This document shows, in pieces, positions 14,559-22,445 of a stretch of 64,000 nucleotides of DNA. The stretch spans positions 15,321 through 79,320 of the forward strand of contig CBFGRM010000002.1 in the NCBI GenBank assembly GCA_965651205.1. Direction: 5' to 3'. Below the pieces are notes generated by a model, which worked only from the letters and a program-made list of their open reading frames with translations, was not told where the DNA came from and did no database searches. Origin of the DNA: an uncultured bacterium (GTDB lineage Bacteria > Gemmatimonadota > Gemmatimonadetes > Gemmatimonadales > GWC2-71-9). Position 1 is the stretch's first letter, and each line of letters opens with the position of its first letter. The position numbers were made by a program, and so were the translations under genes.

Positions 14559-14589
14559 GAGCCCCGCACCGAGCATCGGTGCGGGGCTC
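14559..14589. terminator. 13-bp-stem hairpin between convergent genes (bidirectional terminator candidate)
   Basis: GAGCCCCGCACCG-agcat-CGGTGCGGGGCTC, followed by TTGCCTTGCC. Confidence 0.6.
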
Positions 14590-14619
14590 TTGCCTTGCCA
14601 GCACTCCCCAGGCCCCGTT

Positions 14620-15195
14620 TCAGGCGTGTCGGACCAGCCAGGCACCAGGCACGGCAGCCACCAGCTCGTCGTTGCCCGACAGCACCGGCGGCTCACCCTC
14701 ACCCGCCGCCCTGAGGCCGGGCAGCAGGCTGGCGATGGCATCCACCACGTTGCCACTGTCTGCCCCCGCGACGACACCACGCATCGAATGGCTCTTGATC
14801 GGCCAGGTCGCGCTCCTGATCACGGTGACCATCCCCTTCGACTCCACGTCGCCTGGCGGGTTGACTGCAACCAGGTTCACATCGGGAAGCAGCTCCGCAA
14901 ACTTGTGCGCGAGTGCGCCGGTCCTCCCCGCGAAGGCCACCCAGCCGCCAGGGCCGTCCAGACCCAGCAGCGCCAGCGCGGCCTCGGCATCGAATGTCGG
15001 CAACTCGGCGCTCGGCTCCGGCGCGTCACCAAACGTCGGCACGCCCTCATCCCACACGGTGCTCCAGTCGCAGATCGGGCAGCCAAGACGGCCGGCAATC
15101 ACCCTACGGCCAGCCATACGGTCGGGGACAAGCACGAGGAACGCTTCGTCGTGATCCTGGGGACAGCGGAGGTGATCGGTGAGTTCGATGAACAC
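14620..15195 (-). CDS. hypothetical protein with Trm112-like zinc-ribbon N-terminus
   Basis: 191 aa. LRCPQDH...LGCPICDWSTVWDEGVPTF resembles the Trm112/UPF0434 ribbon. The rest is unassigned. Confidence 0.45.
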   Translation of the reverse strand: MFIELTDHLRCPQDHDEAFLVLVPDRMAGRRVIAGRLGCPICDWSTVWDEGVPTFGDAPEPSAELPTFDAEAALALLGLDGPGGWVAFAGRTGALAHKFAELLPDVNLVAVNPPGDVESKGMVTVIRSATWPIKSHSMRGVVAGADSGNVVDAIASLLPGLRAAGEGEPPVLSGNDELVAAVPGAWLVRHA

Positions 15196-15213
15196 TGATG
15201 GGGCCCGTTGCGT

Positions 15214-15909
15214 TCAGGCGGGCCCGAGCCGCAACCAATCGACGGCGACTCTGGCCGGGCGCAACAACGTCCAGGTCACGGCTTCGGCGACATCGTCCGG
15301 ATGCAGCATCGACGCCCGCGGCGTGAAGCCAGCGCGCGCATCGGGATCGAACGGATCCCAGACTCCGGTGTTGGTCGGTCCCGGCGAGATCAGGGTGCAG
15401 AGCACGCCGGTGCCGCGGTACTCCTCGGTGAGCACCTCGTGGAGGCCGCGCGCGCCGAACTTGGACGCGGAATAAGCCGCGTTCTCGGGAAAGGCCCGGT
15501 GATCCGACACCGAGCCGATCATCACGTGGCGACCGGCACCCCGGCGCTGCATCGCCGGCAGGAAGGTGCGCGCCACGGCGAATGGCACCTCGAGGTTGAT
15601 GGCAATCTGCTCCCGCAACAATTCGTCGCTGGTCTGCTCAAGTGGCGCCAGCAGGAATGCCCCCGCGTTGCTCACGATCGCCCACGGCACGCCGCATTCC
15701 TGCTGGATGCGTTGCAGCACCTGGTCGCGCTGGAGCGCATCGGCCAAGTCGGCGCGATAGTCGAGCGCTCTTGGCAGTGGCGGCATTTCACTGCGGGCAA
15801 TCCGCACCACCACTGCACCGAGGCCGGCCAGCCGGCTTGCGACCGCCGCACCGATGCCGCGCGACGCCCCACTGACCAGCACGACTCGTCCGTCGAGCGG
15901 CAGTGTCAT
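15214..15909 (-). CDS. short-chain dehydrogenase/reductase (sepiapterin-reductase-like by context)
   Basis: MTLPLDGRVVLVSGASRGIGAAV (TGxxxGxG), NAG, and YSASK catalytic motifs. The ATGA overlap with the upstream PTPS gene is at 15906..15909. Only the last 231 aa of ORF 15214..16521 are used. Confidence 0.85.
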   Translation of the reverse strand: MTLPLDGRVVLVSGASRGIGAAVASRLAGLGAVVVRIARSEMPPLPRALDYRADLADALQRDQVLQRIQQECGVPWAIVSNAGAFLLAPLEQTSDELLREQIAINLEVPFAVARTFLPAMQRRGAGRHVMIGSVSDHRAFPENAAYSASKFGARGLHEVLTEEYRGTGVLCTLISPGPTNTGVWDPFDPDARAGFTPRASMLHPDDVAEAVTWTLLRPARVAVDWLRLGPA

Positions 15910-16325
15910 CTGGCATCCCCCTCGTATTCGACATAGTTGCGCGGTGTCTCCCACAGCCGGATCAACTTGAGCTGCCCGGCGGGAATCCGTGGTGCGAGTT
16001 GCTCCCAGATGAACACGGCAATGTTCTCCGCCGAGGGCAGACGCTCGGCGAACCACGGCACGTCGAGGTTGAGATTGCGATGATCGAGCACGCCGTGGAC
16101 GTACTGGTCGAACAGGTTCTTGATGATCGCCACGTCGACCACGTAACCGGTTTCGGGATCGATGCTGCCGTGGACGCAGATCTCGACCTCGTAGTTGTGG
16201 CCGTGATAGTTGGGGTTGTTGCAGGGCCCGAAGGCCTTGCGGTTCCACTCGTCGGACCGCGCCGGGTTGTGGAGCCGGTGGGCCGCGTTGAAGTGGCCGC
16301 GACGAACGACAACGGCACTCGGCAT
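15906..16325 (-). CDS. 6-pyruvoyl-tetrahydropterin synthase family protein
   Basis: RRGHFNAAHRLHNP...GPCNNPNYHGHNYEVE...DHRNLN are PTPS/QueD-family motifs. Start is set at ATG 16325, with GGGAG 7 nt upstream. Confidence 0.85.
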   Translation of the reverse strand: MPSAVVVRRGHFNAAHRLHNPARSDEWNRKAFGPCNNPNYHGHNYEVEICVHGSIDPETGYVVDVAIIKNLFDQYVHGVLDHRNLNLDVPWFAERLPSAENIAVFIWEQLAPRIPAGQLKLIRLWETPRNYVEYEGDAR

Positions 16326-16563
16326 CAGCGACTCCCGACAGGAGGGCAGAAACAAGAACGGCGCAACTCCTGAACCACGAAGTAGCGCCGCTGACCGTAC
16401 GATGGCGGGGAGGTGGTCTTGAAGCCCGGGGAGAAACGCTTGGCGTCCTCACCCCGTCGTCCGTCTTCCCCACTGCGGAGGCGTGACGTCGGACGAAGCA
16501 TTCGGACCCATCCTCGGACACGTTGGCTCAAGTACGTCTGTCCCCCCGCCACCGTGCGGCCAA

Positions 16564-16572
16564 TGGTATAAT
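16564..16572 (+). promoter_or_regulatory. extended -10 promoter element (TGgTATAAT)
   Basis: A perfect TATAAT at 16567..16572 is preceded by TGN. It lies ~50 nt upstream of the small membrane ORF start. Confidence 0.3.
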
Positions 16573-16621
16573 ACCGACCGGTACATCCGCCGTCAAACAC
16601 CCTGCACCGCCCGAGGCGCCC

Positions 16622-16780
16622 GTGCGTGAACTCCTGGTCGGCATCTTCCTGCTCGCGTTCTGGGTGGCGGTGCAGTTCCTCGTCAAACCGGCCAGCGGCT
16701 GGCTGCATCTGCTGCTGATCGCGGGCGCGGTACTGGTGATCAGGGGCGTGGTGCTGCGCGACGCCGAGCGCCACGGCTGA
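16622..16780 (+). CDS. small two-TM membrane protein, hypothetical (GTG start guessed)
   Basis: The hydrophobic segments LLVGIFLLAFWVAVQFLV and WLHLLLIAGAVLVI are present. No homology was recognised. Confidence 0.3.
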   Translation: MRELLVGIFLLAFWVAVQFLVKPASGWLHLLLIAGAVLVIRGVVLRDAERHG

Positions 16781-16781
16781 A

Positions 16782-17978
16782 CTACCGGGCCGCCGGGGAC
16801 AGCCAGGCGTGGGCTGCCCGCCGCCCGGCATCGCGCAGCACCGACGGCTCAGCCACCATCGAAATCCGCACGTAGGGCGTGCCACCGGGTCCGAAGCCGC
16901 TTCCCGGGGTGATCACGATCCGCTCCTCGGCCAGCAGGCGCTCAGTAAGTCCCCAGTCGGTGGTTCCCTCGGGCACCGGGATCCACAGGTACATCCCGGC
17001 CGCCGGCGGCTTGACAGTGAGCCCGGATTCGGCAAAGCCCTCGATCGCCGCGGCAAACCTGGCCCGGTAACCCTCACGGATCCCTGCCGACAGTTCCTCG
17101 GCGTTGGCAAAGGCGTAGGCGCCGGCACGCTGCACGATGGTGGGCACGCCATACCCCACCAGGGTGCGATAGCTGTTGAGCGTCGTGATCACGTCGCGTC
17201 GGCCCGCCACCACGCCAAGTCGCATCCCGGCCATCGAGAAATTCTTCGAGCCGCTGTGAACTTCGATTGCAACGTCGCGCGCGCCATCCACTTCGAACAC
17301 GCTGGGCGCCGGTGGACCGTGCTGCACCAGCTCGCTGTAGGCGATGTCGCTGATCAGGATGATGTCGTGGCGACGGCAGAACTCCACCGCCTCGCTCCAG
17401 CGCTCACGAGTGGTGATCGCGCCGGTGGGGTTGTTCGGAAAATTGAGCAGCAGGAACTTGGCCCGGCGGGCCGTGTCGTCCGGCACTGCAGCCAGGTCGG
17501 GCCAGTAGTCATCGGCACCGTGCACCGGCAGTCGCACCAGGTCGGCACCGGCAGCCAGCACTGCGCGCTCATAGACCGGATACGCCACGTCGGCGATCAG
17601 CATCGCGTCGCCGGGCTCGCAGTACGCGGCAACCAGGTTGGCGATCGCTTCCTTGGCACCCGCGGTGGGGGTGACCTCGGCCGGGGTTTCGAAGGTGACG
17701 CCGAATCGTCGGGTGATGAAGTCGTTGAATGCCTCGTGGAACGCCGGTTCGCCGGTCATCACCGGGTATCCGTGCGACCTGGTGTCGCGTGCGGCCCTGG
17801 CAACCGACTCGATCAGCCCCGGTGGCATCGGCTGGTCGGGTGAACCCAGCGAGAGATCGAGCACTTTCGCACCGGTCGCCTCGACAGCGCGCTTCTTGCC
17901 GATCAGGGTGGTGAAGACATAGGGCTGAATCGACTGCAGGATCCTGGTCGGGCGGGGCACGGCACACTCCAGAGGCAA
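16782..17978 (-). CDS. class I/II PLP-dependent aminotransferase (candidate aromatic/prephenate aminotransferase by operon context)
   Basis: 398 aa with LNFPNNPTG and the PLP-lysine motif SGSKNFSMAGMRLG. It lies 48 nt downstream of aroH on the same strand. Confidence 0.8.
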   Translation of the reverse strand: MPLECAVPRPTRILQSIQPYVFTTLIGKKRAVEATGAKVLDLSLGSPDQPMPPGLIESVARAARDTRSHGYPVMTGEPAFHEAFNDFITRRFGVTFETPAEVTPTAGAKEAIANLVAAYCEPGDAMLIADVAYPVYERAVLAAGADLVRLPVHGADDYWPDLAAVPDDTARRAKFLLLNFPNNPTGAITTRERWSEAVEFCRRHDIILISDIAYSELVQHGPPAPSVFEVDGARDVAIEVHSGSKNFSMAGMRLGVVAGRRDVITTLNSYRTLVGYGVPTIVQRAGAYAFANAEELSAGIREGYRARFAAAIEGFAESGLTVKPPAAGMYLWIPVPEGTTDWGLTERLLAEERIVITPGSGFGPGGTPYVRISMVAEPSVLRDAGRRAAHAWLSPAAR

Positions 17979-18026
17979 GGACTCCGGGAAGATACCAGCA
18001 GCGGGCCCCCAGCGGGAATCAGCCCG

Positions 18027-18440
18027 TCATTGCATCGTGCCACTGGCAAGGTCGGGACGCAGTCGCACCGCATCGCGAAGGTAGACGTGTCTGGGAGGAG
18101 TGCCGTTCCAGGAGCGTTCCACGTGCAGCAGCACGCGCAGGCAGCGCGGCAGTCCGGCCGGCACCGGAATCTCGGTGGTGCAGATCAGCGGCACCTGGTT
18201 CCAGCCGGCCGCCCGCGCAGCACCTGCCGGAAATGCGCTCACCAGGTCGGGAGTCACTGTGAAGATCGCCGAGATCACTTCTTCGTCGCTGAGCGCGTTC
18301 TCCCGGCGCAGTGCGCCGATCAATTCGTCCACCGCACCGGCGATGCCGTCGGGAGTGTCGCGGTCCACCGATATCGCGCCGCGAATGCCGCGCACCGTGC
18401 GGATGTCGAGTGCCCGCGCGATCAATGTGCGGATGCTCAC
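18027..18440 (-). CDS. aroH: chorismate mutase, AroH type
   Basis: VRGIRGAISV...FTVTPDLVSAFPAGAARAAGWNQVPLICTTEIPVPAGLPRCLRVLLH matches the AroH fold signature. It has an ATGA-type 4-nt overlap with pheA. Confidence 0.85.
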   Translation of the reverse strand: MSIRTLIARALDIRTVRGIRGAISVDRDTPDGIAGAVDELIGALRRENALSDEEVISAIFTVTPDLVSAFPAGAARAAGWNQVPLICTTEIPVPAGLPRCLRVLLHVERSWNGTPPRHVYLRDAVRLRPDLASGTMQ

Positions 18441-19003
18441 GCCGCAACCACCTGTTGAGCCGCGCGGCGGCGCACCACGACGAATGTGGTCCGGTTGTCG
18501 GGGGCATCGGCGATGTCACTCGCGAGACTGACCAGGCCGTATCGCTCGGCGGCCTCGATCGGCGCGATCGCGGCGCGAGTCCAGTCGCGATCGGCGGCGA
18601 TCGCACGGGCGGCACCGGCTGTGTCACCCACGGCGCGCGGTGCCAGTCGCCTTGCCGACAACCACCGGGTGCATTGCGCCAGGGCCACCGGGTGCGATTC
18701 GGCCCACCTGAGACTGGCCAGGTCGGCGCCTGGCAGGGCCAGCAGGCAGTGAGCGATTCGTTGATCGAAGCGATCCGTGATCTCGAGGCTGGTCCACTCC
18801 TCCAGCACCCTGCTGGCGGCCTCGACTTCGCCCACCACCGTGTTCCACACCGGCAGCACGCCCAGGTCGGCACGCCCAGCCATCACCGCGGCGGCCACGG
18901 CGCCGAAGTCAGCCAGTCCGCTGGTACTTGCGCCCGGGTGGCGCGCGCTCGCGGCGATCTGGCTGTAGGCACCCGGGACTCCCTGATACACGATCCGCAT
19001 CAC
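18437..19003 (-). CDS. pheA: prephenate dehydratase, catalytic (PDT) domain only, no ACT domain
   Basis: RIVYQGVPGAYSQ...ESHPVALAQC...DNRTTFVVV. The ORF ends ~10 aa after the N-TRF-like motif, where the ACT domain normally begins. Confidence 0.8.
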   Translation of the reverse strand: MMRIVYQGVPGAYSQIAASARHPGASTSGLADFGAVAAAVMAGRADLGVLPVWNTVVGEVEAASRVLEEWTSLEITDRFDQRIAHCLLALPGADLASLRWAESHPVALAQCTRWLSARRLAPRAVGDTAGAARAIAADRDWTRAAIAPIEAAERYGLVSLASDIADAPDNRTTFVVVRRRAAQQVVAA

Positions 19004-19013
19004 ATCTGCTCCC

Positions 19014-19056
19014 GAAAAAGAAAGCGGCCCTCTCGAGGGTCGAGAGGGCCGCGGGG
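19014..19056 (-). terminator. intrinsic terminator of the Phe attenuator (leader of pheA operon)
   Basis: On the minus strand: GCGGCCCUCUCGA-ccc-UCGAGAGGGCCGC (13-bp perfect stem) followed by UUUCUUUUU. It lies 11 nt upstream of the pheA start region. Confidence 0.7.
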
Positions 19057-19080
19057 TCTGTTGCTGGGCACTGAGTCCTG

Positions 19081-19158
19081 CTAGTGCGTACGCCGATCCC
19101 GGACCCTCTTCCCAAAGAAGGCCGCAAAAAACTCGGCGAGGCGATAGCTGTGCGTCAT
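19081..19158 (-). CDS. candidate Phe leader peptide (25 aa: MTHSYRLAEFFAAFFGKRVRDRRTH)
   Basis: The ORF runs from ATG 19158 to TAG 19083..19081. It has four Phe codons within six (UUU UUU GCG GCC UUC UUU). TTGACG-N18-TAGCGT lies upstream, with the -10 ending 7 nt before the ATG. Confidence 0.55.
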   Translation of the reverse strand: MTHSYRLAEFFAAFFGKRVRDRRTH

Positions 19159-19269
19159 TGCAACAACGCTACAGGGCGGGGTATCCCGGCGTCAACCCCC
19201 CGCGGTAAATTGAGCCTTGGCCCCGAGGTCGGCGGCCCGCCCGACCGCGCTTTCCCGGAGTTGCCACTG

Positions 19270-19800
19270 ATGCCAGCCAGCAGCCAGGACGCCTTCGATG
19301 CCGCATTCCTTGCGGCATACAGCGAACTTCGCCGGCTGGCGGCCCACCTCCAGCGCAACGACCCCGCGGCAACCATCGATCCCACCGGACTGGTCAACGC
19401 GGCCTGGCTCAAGCTGGCCGGCACGCCCGAGCTGGCCGACACCTCGCCGGTCCACTTCAGGCGGATCGCCACTCGGGCGATGCGGCAGGTGCTGGTGGAA
19501 GCCGCTCGCCGCCGCAACGCGGACAAGCGCGGCGCCGGCGAGGCGATAACGGTGACGCTGGACGAATCGGGCCAGTCGGGGCCTCACACCGCCACTGCCA
19601 GCGAGGTGCTGGCGCTGCACGATGCGCTCGACGTGCTGGCGAGCAAGCATCCCCGCCCGGCAGCGGTGGTCGAGGCGCGCTACTTCGGCGGCCTCACCAC
19701 GGTGGAGGTGGCAGAGACGCTGGGCATCAGCGAAGCCACGGTGCTGCGCGACTGGCGCACGGCGCGCGCCTGGCTGGCAAGCGAACTGGCGTCCGACTGA
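19270..19800 (+). CDS. ECF-type RNA polymerase sigma factor (Sigma70_ECF family usually paired with Ser/Thr kinases)
   Basis: YSELRRLAAHLQRNDPAATIDPTGLVNAAWLKL and VVEARYFGGLTTVEVAETLGISEATVLRDWRTARAWL. The stop overlaps the kinase start (TGATG). Confidence 0.85.
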   Translation: MPASSQDAFDAAFLAAYSELRRLAAHLQRNDPAATIDPTGLVNAAWLKLAGTPELADTSPVHFRRIATRAMRQVLVEAARRRNADKRGAGEAITVTLDESGQSGPHTATASEVLALHDALDVLASKHPRPAAVVEARYFGGLTTVEVAETLGISEATVLRDWRTARAWLASELASD

Positions 19801-22445
19801 TGACCGATCAGGCGTGGGAAGAACTGCAGCGACTGTTCGAGGAAGCACTGCTGCTCGACCCCACCGCACGTGCAGCACTGATCGCCGGGGTGTCCGCCAG
19901 CAATCCTGCCCTGGCGGCCAGGCTCGAGGCGATGCTCGTGCACGACACCGTGCAGGTCGAGGCACTCGACCGGAACCTGGCCGAAACCGCGTCTCGACTG
20001 CTAGGTCGCGAAGTGCCGGCGTCGATCGGTCCGTATCACGTGCTCCGACTGCTCGGCGAAGGCGGAATGGGCGCGGTGTGGCTGGTCGAGCGGACCGATA
20101 CCGGTGGTCTGGCCGCCCTGAAGCTGTTGCGCGACGCCTGGATTTCGCCGGGGCGAAGGGCCCGCTTCGCCGCCGAGCAGCGAGCGCTGGCACGGCTCAA
20201 TCACGCCGGTATAGCACAATTGCACGACGCGGGCACCCTTCCCGACGGCACACCGTGGTTCGTGATGGAGTATGTCGAAGGTGAGCCCATCACCACCTGG
20301 TGCGCGATGCGCAACTGCACTGTTGCCGAGCGCATCGCCCTGCTTCGCGCCGTGGCGCTCACGGTTCAGCACGCCCACGCGCACGCCGTGATCCACCGCG
20401 ACCTCAAGCCGACCAACATCCTCGTCACCGGCGACGGCAACGTCAAGTTGCTGGATTTCGGCATCAGCAAGCAGCTCGATGATTCGGGCGAAGCCAGCGA
20501 GCGCACCGCCACCGGGATGCGGATGCTCACGCCTGCGTACGCCGCTGCGGAGCAGTACACGGGCGGGCCGATCGGAGTTCACACCGACGTGTTCGCCCTG
20601 GGTGCACTTGGCTTCGAGCTGCTCACAGGCAAGAAACCGTTCGCCGACGCCGGCTCCAGCGAATCAGAACAGCTTGCGGCTCGACTTGCCGAGCTGCCCC
20701 GACCGTCCACGATCGGACTGGCTGGAACCGGTGCACCCGGTCGCGCATCCTGGGATGAACTCGACGTGGTGATCCGGAAGGCGATGCACCCCGACCCGGC
20801 GCGGCGCTACATATCGACCGAAGCACTGGTCCGCGACCTCGACAATTACCTCCGGGGGCGTCCGCTCGAGGCACGGCCCGACTCGTTCGGTTACCGGGCG
20901 GGCCGTTTCCTCCGCCGCAACTGGCAACCGGTGGCGGCCGCCACGGTGCTGCTGGCCGCGCTGATCGGCCTGACCAGCTTCTACACCGTGCGGCTCTCGC
21001 AGGCGCGGGATGCTGCAGTCACCGAGGCGGAACGCACCGCACGGATTCAGGCTTTCGTGACCGCGCTGTTCCAGGGAGGCGACGACGCTGCCGGCCCACC
21101 CGACTCGCTGCGGGTGCGTGACCTGATCGATCGCGGTGTGCGCGAAGCGGTGGCGCTCCACGAGGAGCCACTGGTCCAGGCCGACCTGTTCACCACGCTG
21201 GGCACGCTGCAACTCCAGATGGGCCACCTCGATGCTGCCGACTCGCTCTATTCGCGCACGCTTTCACTGCGCCGGGCCGAACTGGGTGATGGTCATCCGG
21301 ATGTTGCCGCCACCCTCACCGCGCTGGGAAGGTTGCGGATCGAGCAGGCCCGGTTGGCTGCCGCGGACACGCTGCTGAGACAGGCGACGGCTATCATCGA
21401 CGGCACGCTCAGGCCCACCGACCCGCGGGCCATCGCCGCACACGCCGCCCTGGGCGCCCTGCACCAGGAACGTTCCGACTGGCCGGCGGCCATCGCCCGG
21501 CAGCAGTCGGTGCTGGACCGCCTGCAGGCCACTGCCGGCGCTCCGCTGGACATTGCCGACGCACAGGTGCAACTCGCCAACACACTTTTCTACGCTGGCG
21601 AGCTCGAGGCATCGGATTCGATCAACCGGCTGGCCCTGGGCACCTATCGCAGGGTGCGCGGCGACGACCATCCCCGGGTGGCGGAGGTGCTGGTCAACCT
21701 CGGCGCCGCCGAGTTCGAGCGGGGCAACTATGCAGCAGCGGAAGGGCTGTTCCGCGAAGCACTGAGTCGAACCGAGAAGTGGCACGGTCCCTCCCACCCG
21801 GCTACTGCATCGTCGCTCACGATGCTCGGGCGGGCGCTGACGTTCCAGGATCGCCGAGATGAAGCGCTCGAAGCCCTGTCGCGGTCACTGGTGATCCAGG
21901 AGGCGCACTTTGGCCCGGATCATCCGCGGGTCGCGTCGGCACTCAACGAAGTTGCCACGATCGAGATGCAGAATGGCAACTACGCGAGGGCCGAGTCGCT
22001 GTGGCGACGGACCGAACAGATCTACCTGGCAGTGCACGGCGAGCGGCACTGGCTCCTCGGTGTGGCGCGATCCAATCTCGGAACGGTCAACACCCGGATG
22101 GCCAACCTGCCACGCGCCGAGTCGTATTTTCGCCAGGCGATCGAATTGTTCACGGAGTCGCAGGGCCCCGATCACCTCAACACCGGCATCGCGCGCATCA
22201 AGCTGGGACGCGCGCTGCTGGGTCAGCGACGCTGGCGGGAAGCCGTGGCCGAATCACGGGCTGGTCGGGATATCCTGAACGCGCTCGAGGCGGCACCGCG
22301 GGCATTCATCGACGCTGCCACCGACGACATCAAGGCAGCCGAGTCGGCACTGGGCGACAAGGACGAGGCTCAGCCCCTCTCCGGTCAGGCCACTCAGATT
22401 TCCCAGTTCGAGAGCACTATGCCGGTGGTGGCCGGCTCGGGGTGA
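19800..22445 (+). CDS. Ser/Thr protein kinase with one TM segment and a long TPR region
   Basis: Hanks motifs GEGGMGAVW, AALK, HRDLKPTNIL, DFGISK and TPAYAAAEQ are present. The TM is VAAATVLLAALIGLTSFY, followed by TPR repeats (TPR_12-like). Confidence 0.9.
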   Translation: MTDQAWEELQRLFEEALLLDPTARAALIAGVSASNPALAARLEAMLVHDTVQVEALDRNLAETASRLLGREVPASIGPYHVLRLLGEGGMGAVWLVERTDTGGLAALKLLRDAWISPGRRARFAAEQRALARLNHAGIAQLHDAGTLPDGTPWFVMEYVEGEPITTWCAMRNCTVAERIALLRAVALTVQHAHAHAVIHRDLKPTNILVTGDGNVKLLDFGISKQLDDSGEASERTATGMRMLTPAYAAAEQYTGGPIGVHTDVFALGALGFELLTGKKPFADAGSSESEQLAARLAELPRPSTIGLAGTGAPGRASWDELDVVIRKAMHPDPARRYISTEALVRDLDNYLRGRPLEARPDSFGYRAGRFLRRNWQPVAAATVLLAALIGLTSFYTVRLSQARDAAVTEAERTARIQAFVTALFQGGDDAAGPPDSLRVRDLIDRGVREAVALHEEPLVQADLFTTLGTLQLQMGHLDAADSLYSRTLSLRRAELGDGHPDVAATLTALGRLRIEQARLAAADTLLRQATAIIDGTLRPTDPRAIAAHAALGALHQERSDWPAAIARQQSVLDRLQATAGAPLDIADAQVQLANTLFYAGELEASDSINRLALGTYRRVRGDDHPRVAEVLVNLGAAEFERGNYAAAEGLFREALSRTEKWHGPSHPATASSLTMLGRALTFQDRRDEALEALSRSLVIQEAHFGPDHPRVASALNEVATIEMQNGNYARAESLWRRTEQIYLAVHGERHWLLGVARSNLGTVNTRMANLPRAESYFRQAIELFTESQGPDHLNTGIARIKLGRALLGQRRWREAVAESRAGRDILNALEAAPRAFIDAATDDIKAAESALGDKDEAQPLSGQATQISQFESTMPVVAGSG

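Noticed and set aside
15214-16521. A 435-aa ORF spanning the SDR and running antisense-frame through the PTPS region.
   Set aside because: Only the C-terminal 231 aa (from ATG 15909) look like an SDR. The upstream part is Arg/Pro-rich and overlaps the well-supported PTPS gene in another frame.
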